The position numbers were made by a program, and so were the translations under genes. A DNA stretch of 64,000 nt, taken from NCBI GenBank assembly GCA_001600695.1, contig BCKQ01000002.1, positions 103,275 through 167,274 of the forward strand, given 5' to 3'. This DNA comes from Ascoidea asiatica JCM 7603. Taxonomy: Eukaryota; Fungi; Ascomycota. The notes under the pieces were generated by a model, which saw only the letters and a program-made list of their open reading frames with translations, searched no databases and was not told the DNA's origin. Below, one piece after another: positions 57,132 to 64,000 of the stretch (within the stretch, counting starts at the first letter, position 1; every line of letters begins with the position of its first letter).

Positions 57132-57432
57132 CTTGATCATTATCTTGATATTCAGATTCAGATTCCAAATGATTTAGGGATTCTTCACGAATAATATTAA
57201 TTGGATCTTTTAGATGATTTTGATTAGGAAATTGTTCGAAATTCAAATTATTTGAAGGTTTTTCAAAACTATCTTCATTAGACAAAATGGGGTTTATTTC
57301 TCCGTTAGAATTCTGACTACCACTAGGAATATCATCAGTATTAGTATTAATCTCTATCTCTGAATTTTGAGTATGGATACCATCATTGATGTCTAAATGC
57401 TTTAAATCTGGAATGGGCATGGTATCATCCAT
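51763..57432 (-). CDS. GEA2: Arf GEF Gea1/Gea2 (GBF1 family)
   Basis: Sec7 domain LRVDEALR...FRLPGESQQIERIVE, FVLSYAIIMLNTDLH, EIILPEEH; DCB/HUS and HDS regions. Confidence 0.93.
57055..57130 (-). repeat. (AAT)n poly-Asn tract in GEA2
   Basis: About 24 perfect AAT units. Confidence 0.95.
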
Positions 57433-58708
57433 GATTTATAGTAAAAAGTACAGATTAAGGCCAGAAATGCAATTGTGATAGAAATAAAAGCACCAAAGTC
57501 TATTTACCCAATTTAAAAATGCCACGATTCTATTGTATGAGAAACAGAAAACTCTTTATGATCAAATATATATCTAACTATATTGCACAATATATTATTT
57601 TGTTACATGCAATATAACAATTACGTAGTAAATATGAAATAGTACAGTATTTGATTATATCGTCGTTTCGCTGAATGCAATCAATCAACAAGTTTACAGT
57701 GAACAGTTAATAAGCCAACGATACTTTTTCATGATAACAGCTACGGAGCACGTATGAAAATACAGTAATCATCCATCACCTACGTACTCGGCAGACAACG
57801 GTCCATCTTTACCCATAAACCAGATGCTATGTAAAGTCACATGTCACTAACTAGTTTTTACCCAGGACTCTTTAGATTCTTGAGCCATAAGCAAGAAGGT
57901 GATGTGAAAATTCTTTAGCCTACAGCCCATAGCATACTAATAGTGACCGTGGTAGTATTGAAACTTTAGGGCAAGAAAGACGATAACTACGCGCTGAATA
58001 ACGTAATTAGCCTTAGAATTATCGATCTTGGCCAGTTCTCGCTGTCCATAACAAGGAGATTTCATTAATAACTTTTCTTTTTTACATGCAAATAATATGG
58101 CATATGGAACCTGCACATGATAATTTTTATTAAATCATTTAGAGAACTCATTAAGCAGGTCTCCAATAAGGCACGTGCTAAATATTACAAAAGAAGACCA
58201 GATATTTGGGTATTCTCTGACTGGCTAGAAAAAAGCAGAATGTTGGATTTTTTTCTTTGGTGGTCCCCGCAGCTCGAACCACACAGATCTCGATGGTAAA
58301 GCTTGCATTACTGCCGATCGGCACTCGATGGAAACTTCCTGGAGAAGGAACTGAAGAAAAGAAAAGAGTTGAATAGTTGTTGAGTCGAGAAGATGTTCTT
58401 TCTGCTGCTCTTGCTGCCACACTCATGCTATTTCTTCAGTGGAATATGGGTTCTTACTCTTGATCCCAAACAATACAGCTGTACTGCCAAAATCCCCCAA
58501 TGATCTGTGATAAGTAAAAATGATATAAATACTCAGCAGTTACTCCATTAAAATCAATATTATTGATTATACAATTTTAATGTTTTGTTTTATTCTATAA
58601 AAAAAATCAGAAATCATTTTATAACAACATATACATAAAATCTAAAATCAAGATTCAAATATATCTGTTCTTTTTTTTCAAATAATCAATAAGGTACCGA
58701 TTTTAAAG

Positions 58709-59276
58709 ATGGTGAAATTAGTCTCATGCTTAGATTCAATACTAGTAGAATTTCTATTTCCTCTATCTCCCATAATAACCATCTTCATGTTACGTGATTT
58801 TGTCTTTTATCTTGATTTTTCACCATCTTTACCAATAGATTTGAATATTATTAATTCAATTCCTATAGAATTATCTTCTTTTTCTAGTATGTTTTTTCTT
58901 GAAGTCATTCATATTTATCTATCACTATCTTTTTCTTTTTATTATTCCGTATATTACTTATTATACTAACAATATTATTAATATCCAATATTTTTCAGAT
59001 TATTCCATTTTTACAAAAATCTCAAAATTACAATCAAATTCAATTCTTGATAAAATATTAAATATCATTATATTGTCAACATATTTTTTTTTAATTCTTT
59101 GTTCGCTTATTTATTCATTAACTTTTTTCATATTTTGTATCTTAATCACTTTCAATAAAAAATGGTCAAAAATCTCTTTTTTATTTTCCGATGTTTTCAA
59201 ATTAGATCAATCAATCGTTTATCCTATATTGTTCTTTTTGGTTTCATTACTTTCAATCAATCTTTTATATATTTAA
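58709..59276 (+). CDS. Unrecognised 151-aa membrane protein; exons 58709-58886 and 58999-59276
   Basis: Canonical intron GTATGT (58887), TACTAAC (58964), TTTTTCAG (58998) joins two track ORFs in frame (456 nt). About three hydrophobic segments. Confidence 0.8.
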
Positions 59277-59749
59277 GAGTTCAAAGCTTAAAATTATTTT
59301 TTCTTGTTAGGTAAAACTTAACTAAATACTTTATTTCCGTCATTCAAGAAGTATTTTACTACAGTAAATTTGGTTTCTTTCCGTACATTTCATACCAGCC
59401 CCATTATCCATTATCCATTATTTGTGATCCTCAGTATTCCCAGTATTTTCATTATCTCCTATATTTCCAATATCTCTAATCTTTAGCATTTTTAGCATTT
59501 ACACCAATTATACCACTCTAAATAGCATCCTTAATTCAATATAGACTATATAAACGATATATAAAGCATTTTAATCATATTACAAACTACTTTACTAATT
59601 TAAATATTCATATAATAAAGTAATCAATCAATACTTTACAAAGTCCAACGAAAACAAAAAATAAAAAGAATTTATTAAAACTTATCAACAAAGTCCTAAG
59701 GTCTTGCCTCTACCATTGTTGAAATTTTATCTTATATATAACTAATTTT

Positions 59750-63976
<4,227 letters not shown>

Positions 63977-64000
63977 TTGAGGTAATGGTCTTTCAAATGA

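Noticed and set aside
58899-58969. Apparent frameshift between two overlapping ORFs
   Set aside because: Fully explained by the intron at 58887-58998

Overview
This is very AT-rich genomic DNA from a budding yeast (Saccharomycotina), judged from GTATG(T/A/G)...CTAAC...AG introns and long poly-Asn tracts; the species cannot be fixed from the sequence alone. The window holds about 24 protein genes, in order: a partial mitochondrial helical-repeat-like ORF, RAX1, ACO2, NCE101, CAP2, THR1, MTR4, XRS2/NBS1, a degenerate Zn2Cys6 factor, RCY1, RNH203, GSF2, a CLG1-like cyclin, TRM1, RAD7, RAD23, a group II PLP decarboxylase, a truncated EDC3, YSC84/LSB3, PES4/MIP6, TSR4, GEA2, an orphan spliced membrane gene and TUS1. 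There is also an intron-containing tRNA-Arg(CCU). Four genes (NCE101, CAP2, RAD23 and the orphan) need splicing and are missed or misread by the ORF track. The most striking unexplained signal is in the 2.7-kb gap between the cyclin and TRM1: about 2 kb (33818-35866) folds back on itself through more than a dozen nested helices centred near 34840, with G-U pairs that work only on the + strand, suggesting a large unannotated structured RNA. Other oddities are an inverted pair of 60-bp repeats with F-box-like coding relics, a Zn cluster apparently split by about 179 aa, a single in-frame TAA in the cyclin, an Edc3 lacking YjeF-N, and a head-to-head RAD7/RAD23 pair.
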